Virus record (IMG/VR): IMGVR_UViG_3300033549_000069
Span: 24,828-88,827 of that record
Length of the DNA stretch: 64,000 nucleotides
Origin: a virus
Strand: one strand, 5' to 3'
Shown in pieces: positions 1 to 8,675 of the stretch. A program made the translations under genes and the position numbers. The notes beneath the pieces were generated by a model. That model searched no databases, was not told where the DNA came from, and saw only the letters and a list, made by a program, of their open reading frames with translations. The first letter of the stretch is position 1. Every line of letters starts with the position of its first letter.

Positions 1-7
1 CCTACAA

Positions 8-589
8 TCACGCGCTCTGTACGCCAATCCCAACAATGGCGTTTGCCATGGGGGTTGGGCCGCCGCCTGCCGTATAGGCAAATGACACCGTGATCAAATC
101 GCCCACCACGTACTCGTTGGATGTCGCATCGATCAATCCCTCCACCGGGGTGTTGATGAGCACCGTGCTGTCAATGACGATGGGAGCGGTCAGCGCGGAA
201 ACGCCAGCGATGAGAATGTCGATGGAGAGCGACTCGGCCGCCGCCGCCACGGTCCCGATCTCTGCCGCCACCTCACGGATCGCACCATCGGTCAGCGCCC
301 GAAAAACCCGCTTGGTCGTCGTGGCTGCAACCGCCAAGAGCACCTCCGACAGCGACCGCGCGTCCGACCCTGCCAGCGCGCCAGCCGTCAGGTCCAGCAC
401 CGCCCCCGCTGCATTCCGCAGCTTGGTGTGCCCAGCCGTGTCCGTGTACAGGCGTGTCGTGCTCTTGTCCGGCGCAACTGGAGGGAGCCCGGCCAGGTAC
501 GGCATCTCGAAGAACGTGGCCTCGACGTCCCCGGCAAACTGCGCTTCCTGATCCGTGACCACCGACTGGCTCAGCTTCTCGTAACCCAT
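8..589 (-). CDS. hypothetical protein, probably virion-associated
   Basis: ORF track 8..658; start moved to ATG 589 (MGYEKL), which has GGAGGA just upstream. Confidence 0.7.
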   Translation of the reverse strand: MGYEKLSQSVVTDQEAQFAGDVEATFFEMPYLAGLPPVAPDKSTTRLYTDTAGHTKLRNAAGAVLDLTAGALAGSDARSLSEVLLAVAATTTKRVFRALTDGAIREVAAEIGTVAAAAESLSIDILIAGVSALTAPIVIDSTVLINTPVEGLIDATSNEYVVGDLITVSFAYTAGGGPTPMANAIVGIGVQSA

Positions 590-665
590 AGTGTCCTCCT
601 GTTTGGTGTTGTTCTCTGCGTCTGCAACCTTCAGCGTAGCACCGCCGATGGCTGCCATCTATAAA

Positions 666-977
666 TTAGGCGAAAGGCGGATACACACGAAACGTGCCCA
701 CGTCCCCGCGCCACGACCCGCTCGGGAGCTGCACCCACGCCTGCACCTTGAACTCCCCAGGCACGCTCAAGTCGCCTGCCTGGATCACGTACCGTAGGTA
801 CTGCGTCTGATACACTCCCGCCGCCCACTCCACCGCCAAGGTTGCCCCAGGCTTCATGACGTACAGCTTTGACGCCACCGCCGTCGTGATGTCCACACAC
901 ACATCGACAATCAACTCGGTTCCAACGTCTCCCACATAGTATTTGCTGCTTCCACACCCTGTTTGACACACGCTCAT
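666..977 (-). CDS. small Ig-like (BppU N-terminal-like) structural protein
   Basis: YVGDVGTEL...KPG...W...YLRYVIQAGDL.VPGEFKVQAWVQLP pattern typical of phage BppU_N-like proteins. Confidence 0.55.
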   Translation of the reverse strand: MSVCQTGCGSSKYYVGDVGTELIVDVCVDITTAVASKLYVMKPGATLAVEWAAGVYQTQYLRYVIQAGDLSVPGEFKVQAWVQLPSGSWRGDVGTFRVYPPFA

Positions 978-1153
978 CGAAGCTCCTCCAGTGATAGGGC
1001 AGACGCTACGCGGATCTGAGTCCCAAATGGCGATTGTACATCCAATCGTCTCGTCGAACGAGAAGTCATCGTGATCCGCTGCCCAGGCCGCGAAACGAGT
1101 TCGATGCGAAACCCAGAAAACCGTGAAACAACTGCTATTCGGTCGGCTTCCAT
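974..1153 (-). CDS. 59-aa hypothetical protein (not in ORF track)
   Basis: Hand translation MEADRIAVVSRFSGFRIELVSRPGQRITMTSRSTRRLDVQSPFGTQIRVASALSLEELR*; stop overlaps the next ATG (ATGA). Confidence 0.55.
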   Translation of the reverse strand: MEADRIAVVSRFSGFRIELVSRPGQRITMTSRSTRRLDVQSPFGTQIRVASALSLEELR

Positions 1154-1299
1154 GGCGACCTAATCCAAATCTGCTGCGCTATACAACCACAAAGCCGAAT
1201 GACCTCACGAATACGAGCCCGCAACCTGCCATATCCACGCGTGCAAAGAAGCTGCTGCTCTCGACCCATCCCACGCGTGATGATCCTCTGGCCAATCAT
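1135..1299 (-). CDS. 54-aa hypothetical protein (not in ORF track)
   Basis: Hand translation MIGQRIITRGMGREQQLLCTRGYGRLRARIREVIRLCGCIAQQIWIRSPWKPTE*; ATG overlaps the upstream stop (ATGA). Confidence 0.55.
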   Translation of the reverse strand: MIGQRIITRGMGREQQLLCTRGYGRLRARIREVIRLCGCIAQQIWIRSPWKPTE

Positions 1300-1772
1300 A
1301 CTGGCACCCGCTCGAACACCTCGTCCATCGCCGGAATACCCGACTCGTTCTTCAAGTTGAACGTCAGGATCGGCGTAATTCCATCATCACCAAAGAAAAT
1401 CATCTGGTTGGCTACAATGCGCCAGCGCCCTGTCTCCACCTGCCGCACCAACGCAAGGTCCGCCTGCAACGCCAAATCATGCACCACGACATCCTCTTGA
1501 GCCACGCACTCCTGGCCATAGAGGTCAACTAACCGATACTCCGCGACGTACTGCCCAACTACCAGCGTGGCAGATGTCCACAACAATCTCCATGTGCTCG
1601 TGCCAGCCACGTTCGCCAACGCCGTTACCGGGAAAATCTCCACCTCTCCCGCTCCCGTCACCCGATACACGCGCACCGTGCCACTTACCACGTCCAGTTT
1701 AGGCGCACCGTCCAGGCCAGTCGCAAGGATCTGGAGCGCAACATCAACCGGATCTGGACGCAACAGGATCAT
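1296..1772 (-). CDS. hypothetical phage structural protein
   Basis: 158-aa ORF packed into the operon; C-terminal GRWRIVANQMIFFGDDGITPILTFNL motif. Confidence 0.7.
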   Translation of the reverse strand: MILLRPDPVDVALQILATGLDGAPKLDVVSGTVRVYRVTGAGEVEIFPVTALANVAGTSTWRLLWTSATLVVGQYVAEYRLVDLYGQECVAQEDVVVHDLALQADLALVRQVETGRWRIVANQMIFFGDDGITPILTFNLKNESGIPAMDEVFERVPV

Positions 1773-1773
1773 G

Positions 1774-2229
1774 CTATTTCCCCGCTACAACGACAACCAC
1801 AACGCCACCAAGTACGATAGCCGCTAATCCAAAACTTGCCGCTAACCATCCCCGCCGTTGCGACTTCTTACGCTCCTTTTCCGCCTTCTCCCGCGATGCC
1901 TTCTCTCTCAATACGGCCGCCTGCTGAGACGCCAATGCCACCTTCGCCGTCGCCTCTGCCGTCGATTTGCTAATACTCGCCGTAGCGTACAACACCTCCG
2001 CCTGGCCCGCCCACGCCATCAACAACCGATAGTCCACAACGATGTGCGCCATCTCCTTCCACTCGGGAAGCAAAAAACACTGCGCCTCACCGCCGCTTGT
2101 TTTTTCCTCGAACCCCATCGGTAGGGGCAGCTCCACCGTCGGACGTGGAGGCAGGGACGTCGCTCGACTTGGTGCGGCCATACAGAATATCAGTGACAGC
2201 AGAAATGCTATCAGCAGCGTTAATCGCAT
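1774..2229 (-). CDS. secreted/lipoprotein-like coiled-coil protein with C-terminal TM (spanin-like)
   Basis: Start MRLTLLIAFLLSLIFC with GGAGG RBS; Ala/Glu/Lys-rich coiled coil; C-terminal hydrophobic helix. Confidence 0.55.
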   Translation of the reverse strand: MRLTLLIAFLLSLIFCMAAPSRATSLPPRPTVELPLPMGFEEKTSGGEAQCFLLPEWKEMAHIVVDYRLLMAWAGQAEVLYATASISKSTAEATAKVALASQQAAVLREKASREKAEKERKKSQRRGWLAASFGLAAIVLGGVVVVVVAGK

Positions 2230-2500
2230 CGTGGGCCTCCTTCGTTTCAACGGCATCATGCGCCGCCTCATCCCGCACCACGGCCTCAATCGCTTCCACC
2301 TGCGGGCCGATGTCCGCCAACGGTCCCAACGCCGGGCTAGGATCGACTACCACCTCCGGCACCACGGGCTCTGGATCTTTATGGCTCTTTCGTCGAACCA
2401 CCAATGTCGCCACAAGTGCCGCCCCAGCCCCCAACCCCGCTACAACCCACTGCCAGTAGCGCTCGACCCACGCCTGCGTCTTGTGCAACCATGTCGTCAT
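2087..2500 (-). CDS. N-terminally anchored membrane protein (i-spanin-like)
   Basis: MTTWLHK...WQWVVAGLGAGAALVATLVVRRK TM followed by a helical acidic domain; overlaps the downstream gene by 143 bp. Confidence 0.5.
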   Translation of the reverse strand: MTTWLHKTQAWVERYWQWVVAGLGAGAALVATLVVRRKSHKDPEPVVPEVVVDPSPALGPLADIGPQVEAIEAVVRDEAAHDAVETKEAHDAINAADSISAVTDILYGRTKSSDVPASTSDGGAAPTDGVRGKNKRR

Positions 2501-3063
2501 CGTCGCTCCCGCTGCGCCAAATGGGGCGGCGCTCCCTGAACCCGCTCGAACCATCCAGGCCGAGCCTGACACCAACCTAACATATCCACTAAATCCGTGC
2601 GATCTGGAACGAGACTCGTGGATCGAACATCACATGCCTTGATGAACAATACCGACAACTCAGAACTCTTAATAGCACGCGTGTTCCAACGCCAGTTCTT
2701 CATCTTCAGCCTGAGCCACCTCCATGCCAAACGCATCCACGCGGTTCCAAACCGGCCGCAGTTGTCGTAAGGACGCCCCAATTGATCCATCAACAAGTAG
2801 ATCCCAGGGGTGGTGTCAAAATGACAGCGATACGTGGAAATGACACGCACTCCAAACGGGGCATGTGGCATCAACCGCACGCCATGCCTCATCGTCGCAT
2901 CGCATACCATGCGCCGCCCCCAAACAGGCACCTCAAGATAGACATGGTTTACCGGGCTACTCGCTGCCCATCGCGTTATCGACGCGAAAACCCCCGACGT
3001 ACTCACAAAAACAATGCGCACATCCGGCCAGCGCAGATATGGAACGGGATTCTCAGATCTCAT
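2497..3063 (-). CDS. permuted papain-like NlpC/P60 (YiiX/YaeF-like) paralog, catalytic Cys replaced by Ser
   Basis: Aligns with 3490..4020 (NHVYLEVPVWGRRMV, YDNCG, AIKSSEL versus AIKCSEL); start uncertain (3063 or 3090). Confidence 0.6.
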   Translation of the reverse strand: MRSENPVPYLRWPDVRIVFVSTSGVFASITRWAASSPVNHVYLEVPVWGRRMVCDATMRHGVRLMPHAPFGVRVISTYRCHFDTTPGIYLLMDQLGRPYDNCGRFGTAWMRLAWRWLRLKMKNWRWNTRAIKSSELSVLFIKACDVRSTSLVPDRTDLVDMLGWCQARPGWFERVQGAPPHLAQRERR

Positions 3064-3169
3064 GATCTGGTTCGCGGTATACGTCCACAAAATACCGGCT
3101 CCATGTGGTCTTTCCCGCAGGATCGATCATCGCCATGCCAAAATCGGCGCACTCCCACGAGATGCGCAT
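3053..3169 (-). pseudogene. duplicated 3' fragment of gene 4043..4663
   Basis: Reads ...GKTTWSRYFVDVYREPDHEI* versus QTAWSRYFVDVYRDPDYAV* at the end of 4043..4663. Confidence 0.7.
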
Positions 3170-3230
3170 GGACGCAATCTACCATGGTTTTGATGGTATC
3201 ACGCCAGATCTAGAGCGGCAAGGATGACAC

Positions 3231-3282
3231 CCCACGCTGCCACCAACCAAAACGGGGAGGGTCAAGACGATGGCAGCGTGGG
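3231..3282 (-). other. 14-bp stem hairpin with UUGACCCUCCCC in the loop
   Basis: Arms 3231-3244 and 3269-3282; the single mismatch is a U-G wobble on the minus strand. Confidence 0.65.
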
Positions 3283-3404
3283 CTAATCCCCTTCTATCAC
3301 ACCAGCGATCCCGTGCAAACCGCACGCGTAAGTTATGCACTTTATGACACGCTTTGCGCGGACTTATGATTTCGCATATATATCCAGGCTGTTTTTTTTG
3401 ACCC

Positions 3405-3453
3405 CGAGATTTTGAATAATGCCAGACGAATATCCAATAACTATTCCGTTTTC
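3405..3453 (-). promoter_or_regulatory. conserved intergenic element, copy 1 (TTGGAT-N17-CAAAAT, promoter-like)
   Basis: 26-bp exact match 3428-3453 = 47422-47447; TTGGAT 3437-3432 and CAAAAT 3414-3409 are conserved in both copies. Confidence 0.5.
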
Positions 3454-3470
3454 GAGGCTTCAGCGATACC

Positions 3471-3490
3471 AGGCGAACCCAGGTTCGCGT
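3471..3490. repeat. 20-bp palindromic motif, copy 1
   Basis: aggcgaacccaggttcgcgt at the stop codon of 3490..4020. Confidence 0.9.
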
Positions 3491-4020
3491 CAGGGTATGA
3501 GCCCGGATTTGGCATCGTTCCCCTTGATGACCTCCTCGAAATACGCCTTCTGCTCTTGGCAAAAACTACGGATGTCCTCCGGGGTTGTCATCTCCATGGG
3601 AAGCAGCTCCGCACCCGTCACCCTGGACGCCTGCAAGAAAATGACGACCAGCTCAGAGCACTTGATGGCGCTCGATTTCCAACGCCACCGCTTCACAGAA
3701 ATCCGCAGCCATTTCGCAGCAATGATCGCCCAACCGATCACGAACAACCCGCCGTAGTCGTACTTCTCCCCAGCCTCGTCCGAGATCGCCGCCAGCCCGG
3801 TACGAGAGGGAAAGCGACAGCGATACTCGACCACAACACGACGACGAGCTTTTGTCGAAGGGATGATCCGCACGCCACCAACTTGCGCCTCAGTTACCAT
3901 GCGCCGCCCCCAGACCGGGAACTCCACCATGCAGTGCGAGACCTGGCTCTTGGTAATCCACCGGATGATCGACCCAAATGGCGTCCTTGAAGCCGTCAAA
4001 ATGATTCGCACGTCTTCCAT
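3490..4020 (-). CDS. permuted papain-like amidase/peptidase (YiiX/YaeF, peptidase C92-like)
   Basis: N-terminal His (VSHC), YDYGG, C-terminal KCSELV with catalytic Cys: the permuted NlpC/P60 order. Confidence 0.75.
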   Translation of the reverse strand: MEDVRIILTASRTPFGSIIRWITKSQVSHCMVEFPVWGRRMVTEAQVGGVRIIPSTKARRRVVVEYRCRFPSRTGLAAISDEAGEKYDYGGLFVIGWAIIAAKWLRISVKRWRWKSSAIKCSELVVIFLQASRVTGAELLPMEMTTPEDIRSFCQEQKAYFEEVIKGNDAKSGLIP

Positions 4021-4042
4021 TCAGAGAATTTACCAATCCACC

Positions 4043-4663
4043 TCAGACTGCGTAGTCTGGGTCTCTGTACACGTCCACAAAGTACCGACTCCACGCCGTC
4101 TGCAAGACCGCCGCATTCGGATCCGCGTAGGGCCGGTGGTTGGCGACCTTGGCCGTCATACTCCGCAGCTTCACGTTCCCCAGCCGGTCCACCCGAGGCT
4201 GCCCTGTGCCCGGATCGATCCCCGCCGTGCTCCACAGAAAGATCTTGGCCGCGAACGGGATGACCGTGCGATAGAACGGGCGCGTGACCTCCGACCCCGC
4301 CGTGATCCCGCTCACCGGATAGTAGTTGACCTCCGACGCCCGGTTCAAGAACTCATCCGCGTGGATGAATTGCGTCACAAGAATTGGCGCAATCGGCGTC
4401 TGAATAGTGACATGCACCTGCATCGCATTCGCCGCCGCCACCATCGCGTCCGCCGACATCTGGATCTGGCAGGCCGTGACCACGAACACCTCGCCCGCCA
4501 CCGGCTTCAGCTCCCACGTCGAGTCATAGTCCGTGGGCGGATTCACCCATCCCCCACTCGGCTTCAACTGCCACTCGTCCGGTCGATTCCAGGGGTGCGC
4601 CGATACCGTATCCGTGCGCAACATCTCCACCAGACCCAACTGACTCGCCAGGATCATGCTCAT
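4043..4663 (-). CDS. hypothetical protein
   Basis: ORF track 4043..5017 trimmed to ATG 4663 (MSMILASQ), coupled to the upstream stop. Confidence 0.7.
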   Translation of the reverse strand: MSMILASQLGLVEMLRTDTVSAHPWNRPDEWQLKPSGGWVNPPTDYDSTWELKPVAGEVFVVTACQIQMSADAMVAAANAMQVHVTIQTPIAPILVTQFIHADEFLNRASEVNYYPVSGITAGSEVTRPFYRTVIPFAAKIFLWSTAGIDPGTGQPRVDRLGNVKLRSMTAKVANHRPYADPNAAVLQTAWSRYFVDVYRDPDYAV

Positions 4664-5253
4664 GGGACCACCTTCCAGGAGAACCGCACCACGGTATCCT
4701 CCCACATCGCATTGTTGGTGCCCACCTGGACGGCACAACGCACGCCATCCCGTCGCACCTCCAGTATGACTGGCGGCGAACAGTTCTCCACGGTGATGTC
4801 CGTCAACTCCACGCCCCCCGCAGGCACGACGGCCAGCCGCCGCCCGTAGGACACGAAGAACTCCACCTCTGCCCACCGCTTCATACGGTCGCTGGCCTCG
4901 GACCACACGTACTGTCCATAGGGGTAGTCCACCAGGTAGGGCGATCCGCAGCGCGTGCAGTACACCGGCTGTCCGTCCGAGACCTCCTCGAACCACTGGT
5001 TGCACACCGCACACCACTGCCGGTAGGCCGCATACTGCGACCCCGTCCGCGCCACCAACCGACGCAAGACCACTTCCTGACTCTCCGAAAGCGTCGTGGT
5101 GAACATCACGATAAGGACGCCACTCAACCCCACGTCACAGTTCAACGTTACCCCGATCAGCGTCCCCGCTGTGAACACCGACGAGGCCCGGATCGCTACA
5201 TCCAACGCGCCGACGTCGCACTTGGAGGCCACGCTGTAGCGGTACTCGCCCAT
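4660..5253 (-). CDS. hypothetical protein with CxxC...CxxC zinc ribbon
   Basis: Start MGEYRY at 5253; WCAVCNQW...YCTRCGSP. Confidence 0.7.
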   Translation of the reverse strand: MGEYRYSVASKCDVGALDVAIRASSVFTAGTLIGVTLNCDVGLSGVLIVMFTTTLSESQEVVLRRLVARTGSQYAAYRQWCAVCNQWFEEVSDGQPVYCTRCGSPYLVDYPYGQYVWSEASDRMKRWAEVEFFVSYGRRLAVVPAGGVELTDITVENCSPPVILEVRRDGVRCAVQVGTNNAMWEDTVVRFSWKVVP

Positions 5254-5254
5254 C

Positions 5255-6088
5255 CTAGTTGCTGACCTTCCACAATTCGAGACGCGCTCGCCGGATGTAT
5301 ACCGTGTTGGTCGCCGTCTCGTTGCGGTAGTCCATGTCGATGGTATGCACACCTGCGCTCAGCGTCACATGGGCAAACCCCGCCCCTGACAGGTAGTTCG
5401 TGATGTCCCCGATCTCGTTGTTCACCTCGCACAGATCCGTCGAGTCATCGAGCTGCACCCGGTAGTAGATGTCCGCCGCCACCGAACTGCACCGCGTCTC
5501 GTTGTGCCACCCGATCCGATACACGCCCGCACTCAACGAGGGCGTCGTCAATCGCACCTTCTGCTGGTAGGTGTTCAACGTGTGCGTGGATTCCCCCTCT
5601 GAAGCCGCCTGCGAAAACTCGCTTCCGAACACCGGCAGCATCGCTGCCGCCAACGTCGTCAAGGTCGCCTTCTTCTTGGCTCCCGCTGCCGCGCTGTCCT
5701 CGACCAGGAGGATGTCCGCCATCGCTAGGGGCGTCTTCTCTGTGAACGTCGCGAAGTCCCCCGCCGCCCGCTTCAACTGGGCGTCGTCGGTCACGTTCCC
5801 CAAACTCACCTGCGTCTTGGTCACGACGTGCGGATTGCTCGTCGACCCAATATGCGAATCGATCTGGGCGTGCGTGTTCGTTCCCGCACCATCCAATGAC
5901 TGATGCAATAGCTCATCTGATCCCCCTGACGCATGGGTCGGACTGTGCGCCGTGAGCAGCGACTCCTCGGCTCCATTGTCCTTCTTTGTGTACCAGTACC
6001 CGTCCGTCTTGGGGTAGAGCTTCTGGAATCCCGCACTTGGGGTCGCATGCGTGTCCGACTTGGAAATGTTCAGTTCGCCCACGATCAC
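5255..6088 (-). CDS. hypothetical virion/fibre-like protein
   Basis: 277-aa ORF; fibre-like HASGGSDEL/HVVTKTQVSLGNV motifs and a beta-rich C-terminus. Confidence 0.65.
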   Translation of the reverse strand: MIVGELNISKSDTHATPSAGFQKLYPKTDGYWYTKKDNGAEESLLTAHSPTHASGGSDELLHQSLDGAGTNTHAQIDSHIGSTSNPHVVTKTQVSLGNVTDDAQLKRAAGDFATFTEKTPLAMADILLVEDSAAAGAKKKATLTTLAAAMLPVFGSEFSQAASEGESTHTLNTYQQKVRLTTPSLSAGVYRIGWHNETRCSSVAADIYYRVQLDDSTDLCEVNNEIGDITNYLSGAGFAHVTLSAGVHTIDMDYRNETATNTVYIRRARLELWKVSN

Positions 6089-6091
6089 CTC

Positions 6092-6472
6092 CTACAGAAT
6101 GAACGCCCGACCCTCGATCCTAAACTCGCCTTCTAACGTCAACTGCTCCGCAATGATGAACTGATAGGTGGGATGCACCCAGGCCAGCTCGTCCGCATAG
6201 ATCCACTCGCGCCAGTACGCCAGACCGAGTCCGCCGCTGGCCAATGTCTTCAGCGTCATCGGATCCGTGACGACGGCATCCTTAAAGGTCAGGTTGCCAT
6301 CGACATCCCGCGAAACCAGCACGACCTCATCGTCCGAGGTGTCGTTCTGGATCGAGACGCCCCGACAGTCCAGGAAGTCCTCGTGGACGTCGATCTCCGC
6401 CGGGGTGAGGTCTTCCTCGGTCCCGCCATGCGCCGGAGACTCCCATTTTATTGCCTGCGTGCGGTCGACCAT
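6092..6472 (-). CDS. hypothetical protein
   Basis: 126-aa ORF in operon. Confidence 0.65.
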   Translation of the reverse strand: MVDRTQAIKWESPAHGGTEEDLTPAEIDVHEDFLDCRGVSIQNDTSDDEVVLVSRDVDGNLTFKDAVVTDPMTLKTLASGGLGLAYWREWIYADELAWVHPTYQFIIAEQLTLEGEFRIEGRAFIL

Positions 6473-6511
6473 GGGGACAGGATAGCACTACCCGCCGCCA
6501 ACTGAAGAAGG

Positions 6512-6568
6512 AAAAGCGCCGCCAGCGACCATGACGGGGGGGGAGGGTCAATTGGCCACCGACGACGC
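6512..6568 (-). terminator. 16-bp G-U-rich hairpin with CCUCCCCCCCC loop followed by UUUUCCUUC
   Basis: Arms 6516-6531 and 6553-6568; all 5 mismatches are G-U wobbles on the minus strand; U tract at 6512-6515. Confidence 0.65.
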
Positions 6569-6675
6569 CGCCACTCTTGTACCCGCTCGCCCCCACCGGA
6601 TCAATCCCCGCCATAACCCACGCATAGGTTTTTGCTTTTATGGATCGCTATGCGCGGCGTTATGCACCGAGGCGC

Positions 6676-6695
6676 AGGCGAACCTGGGTTCGCGT
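6676..6695. repeat. 20-bp palindromic motif, copy 2
   Basis: aggcgaacctgggttcgcgt, intergenic. Confidence 0.9.
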
Positions 6696-6765
6696 CACCC
6701 CAGATCCACTATGAGAATGTCAATGCGCAGTTTGTGTTATTATCTAATGATTACGGTGGCTTGGA

Positions 6766-8154
6766 TCACAATTTTTTTCCATAGTCTTGGATGGCTACGT
6801 CAATATCCGTTGCATTGACCGCGTAGCCCATGCGCACGATCTGGCCCGGATTCGGTACGCTCGCCAGCAGGACCAGCGCGCCGTTGGTGCCCAGGAAGTA
6901 GGGGGTGTTCACCGTCGCGCCGCTCAGCACGGCTGTGCAGACGCCGATCTTGACTACCTCTGACGTGCCGGGGTTGGCCGCGCCGCCCGTGCGCGCCACG
7001 CCGATGGCGCGACAGTTGGCCGCAGCCGCGTTGTCCGCGTGGATCACCTCGCTGTCCACGCCACTCCAGCGCACCGCACGCCCCGCCGTGACCGCCGCGT
7101 TGTTCAGATGCGTCGCCTCGACCCGCTGCGCCTCCGCCACCGAGTGCGTATGCAAACTGTCCGCGTTGGAGCTGCTGCCCGCCGTGAGGGTGTTGAGGTT
7201 GCCCGCTGTGACGTTGGCCGACACCGCGCCGTCGTTGATGGTGAATAGCGAGGGCAGACCCGTGACCCCGAGGCCGTCCGCGTCCACCTTCAGGGTGCCC
7301 GGGGTGGCGTCGATCTCGATCTCCACGCCCGTGGCGCCCACGATCACGCCGTGCGCGCCGTCCGCCAGCACCGCCAGCTTCTTGTTCGGGCTGGTGCCGG
7401 TGAGTTGCAAGCCGGGGTTCGACGCGGCGAGGTCGATGGCGATGTCGTCCGATCCCACCGCGATGCCGTCGCCCTTGCCCACGTCCAGCGTGTTGCCGGT
7501 CTTGGTGAGGCCCGCGCCCGCGTTGATCTGGCCAGTGCCGCTGAACTGCACCCAGGCCGACCCGTTGTAGGTCCACGCCGTATCGCTCCACACGCCGCCG
7601 TCCCCGTTCACCAGCGCGGCCCAGCCATCCAGCGGAACCTCAAACGACCACGTGTTCAGCGTGGCGTTGTACGTGCCGATCTTGTTGGCGTGCGTTGCGA
7701 ACGATCCCGCTGCGCCCGTGGCCTTGACCACCACGCGCGTGCCGTTGGCGGGCTCATCCACCGTCGCGGCCTGGATCAAGACCCACGCCGTGCCGCTATA
7801 CTCGACGATGTCGCCGTCCGTGAACCCGCCCGTCAACCATCCGTTCACGACGTAGCAGTCCCCCTTGACCATGCCGGTCGGATCGGCGATCCCGCCCATG
7901 TCGGAGTCGTCGACCATGTTGAGGACCAGCACCGGGGGCTTCCACATGAGCCCGCTGGCGACGTTGTCCACATACGCCTTGGTCGCGGCCTCCTGCGCGT
8001 TCAGGGGGTCCAGCAACCCTGTGATGGTGTGCGACCCCATCCCGATGTTGCCACCCATGGTCAACCCGGCGAGGCTGATCGTGTCACTGGTGGGATCCGA
8101 CTCCTCGTGGTAGCCGTAGTCGGGGTTCATGAACATGAACTTGCGCTCTGTCAT
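6766..8154 (-). CDS. fibre/decoration-like virion protein (paralog of 26718..27872)
   Basis: NAQEAATKAYVD, GLMWKPPV...AGAGLTKTGNTLDV fibre motifs; C-terminal capsid-cement-like domain (RAIGVA...YFLGTNG...RMGYA). Confidence 0.7.
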   Translation of the reverse strand: MTERKFMFMNPDYGYHEESDPTSDTISLAGLTMGGNIGMGSHTITGLLDPLNAQEAATKAYVDNVASGLMWKPPVLVLNMVDDSDMGGIADPTGMVKGDCYVVNGWLTGGFTDGDIVEYSGTAWVLIQAATVDEPANGTRVVVKATGAAGSFATHANKIGTYNATLNTWSFEVPLDGWAALVNGDGGVWSDTAWTYNGSAWVQFSGTGQINAGAGLTKTGNTLDVGKGDGIAVGSDDIAIDLAASNPGLQLTGTSPNKKLAVLADGAHGVIVGATGVEIEIDATPGTLKVDADGLGVTGLPSLFTINDGAVSANVTAGNLNTLTAGSSSNADSLHTHSVAEAQRVEATHLNNAAVTAGRAVRWSGVDSEVIHADNAAAANCRAIGVARTGGAANPGTSEVVKIGVCTAVLSGATVNTPYFLGTNGALVLLASVPNPGQIVRMGYAVNATDIDVAIQDYGKKL

Positions 8155-8206
8155 TAGTCTCCTCCGTGTTCACTGGCCCCGCCGATCCCGTTCGGCGCTG
8201 GGCGTC

Positions 8207-8662
8207 CTAGTTGTCTATCTGCGGGGCCGCCTGGAGCTGCCCCGCCTCGTTCACCGTGTACTGATCCAAATTCACGCCAAGTCGCGTCTGTACTGTCGCT
8301 CGAACCTTATTGTAGTCGTCCTTCGCGCGCTCCATCGACCCAATGCACTCCCGTTGGCGCAGGCGCAGCGTGTCTCGATTCTTAATATACTCCAAGTTCA
8401 GGAGCTGCTCTTGCAACGCGAACTTTTCGCCCTGGACGCGGTTCATCTCCACCCGCTGCTCGTGCAGCATCAACTGCACCATCTCCAACTCCGTCAACGC
8501 CATCGTCCCGTTGTCCGGCTGTGCCGCCTCCGCCATCTTGCCAGTCAAACCATCGAGCGGCGGCGGATAGAACTGCGGCACATCAATCGCTATCACCTCT
8601 TCAACTTTTCGCACTTTTTTCGCCATCTTCCTGATCCTTTCGATGTCAACCATTGTGCCCAC
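8207..8662 (-). CDS. hypothetical coiled-coil protein
   Basis: 151-aa ORF with a helical E/Q/R-rich segment. Confidence 0.65.
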   Translation of the reverse strand: MGTMVDIERIRKMAKKVRKVEEVIAIDVPQFYPPPLDGLTGKMAEAAQPDNGTMALTELEMVQLMLHEQRVEMNRVQGEKFALQEQLLNLEYIKNRDTLRLRQRECIGSMERAKDDYNKVRATVQTRLGVNLDQYTVNEAGQLQAAPQIDN

Positions 8663-8675
8663 AACTTTCCAGCTC

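Noticed and set aside
6718-6723. TTGACA on the minus strand as a promoter
   Set aside because: No acceptable -10 hexamer at 16-18 bp spacing
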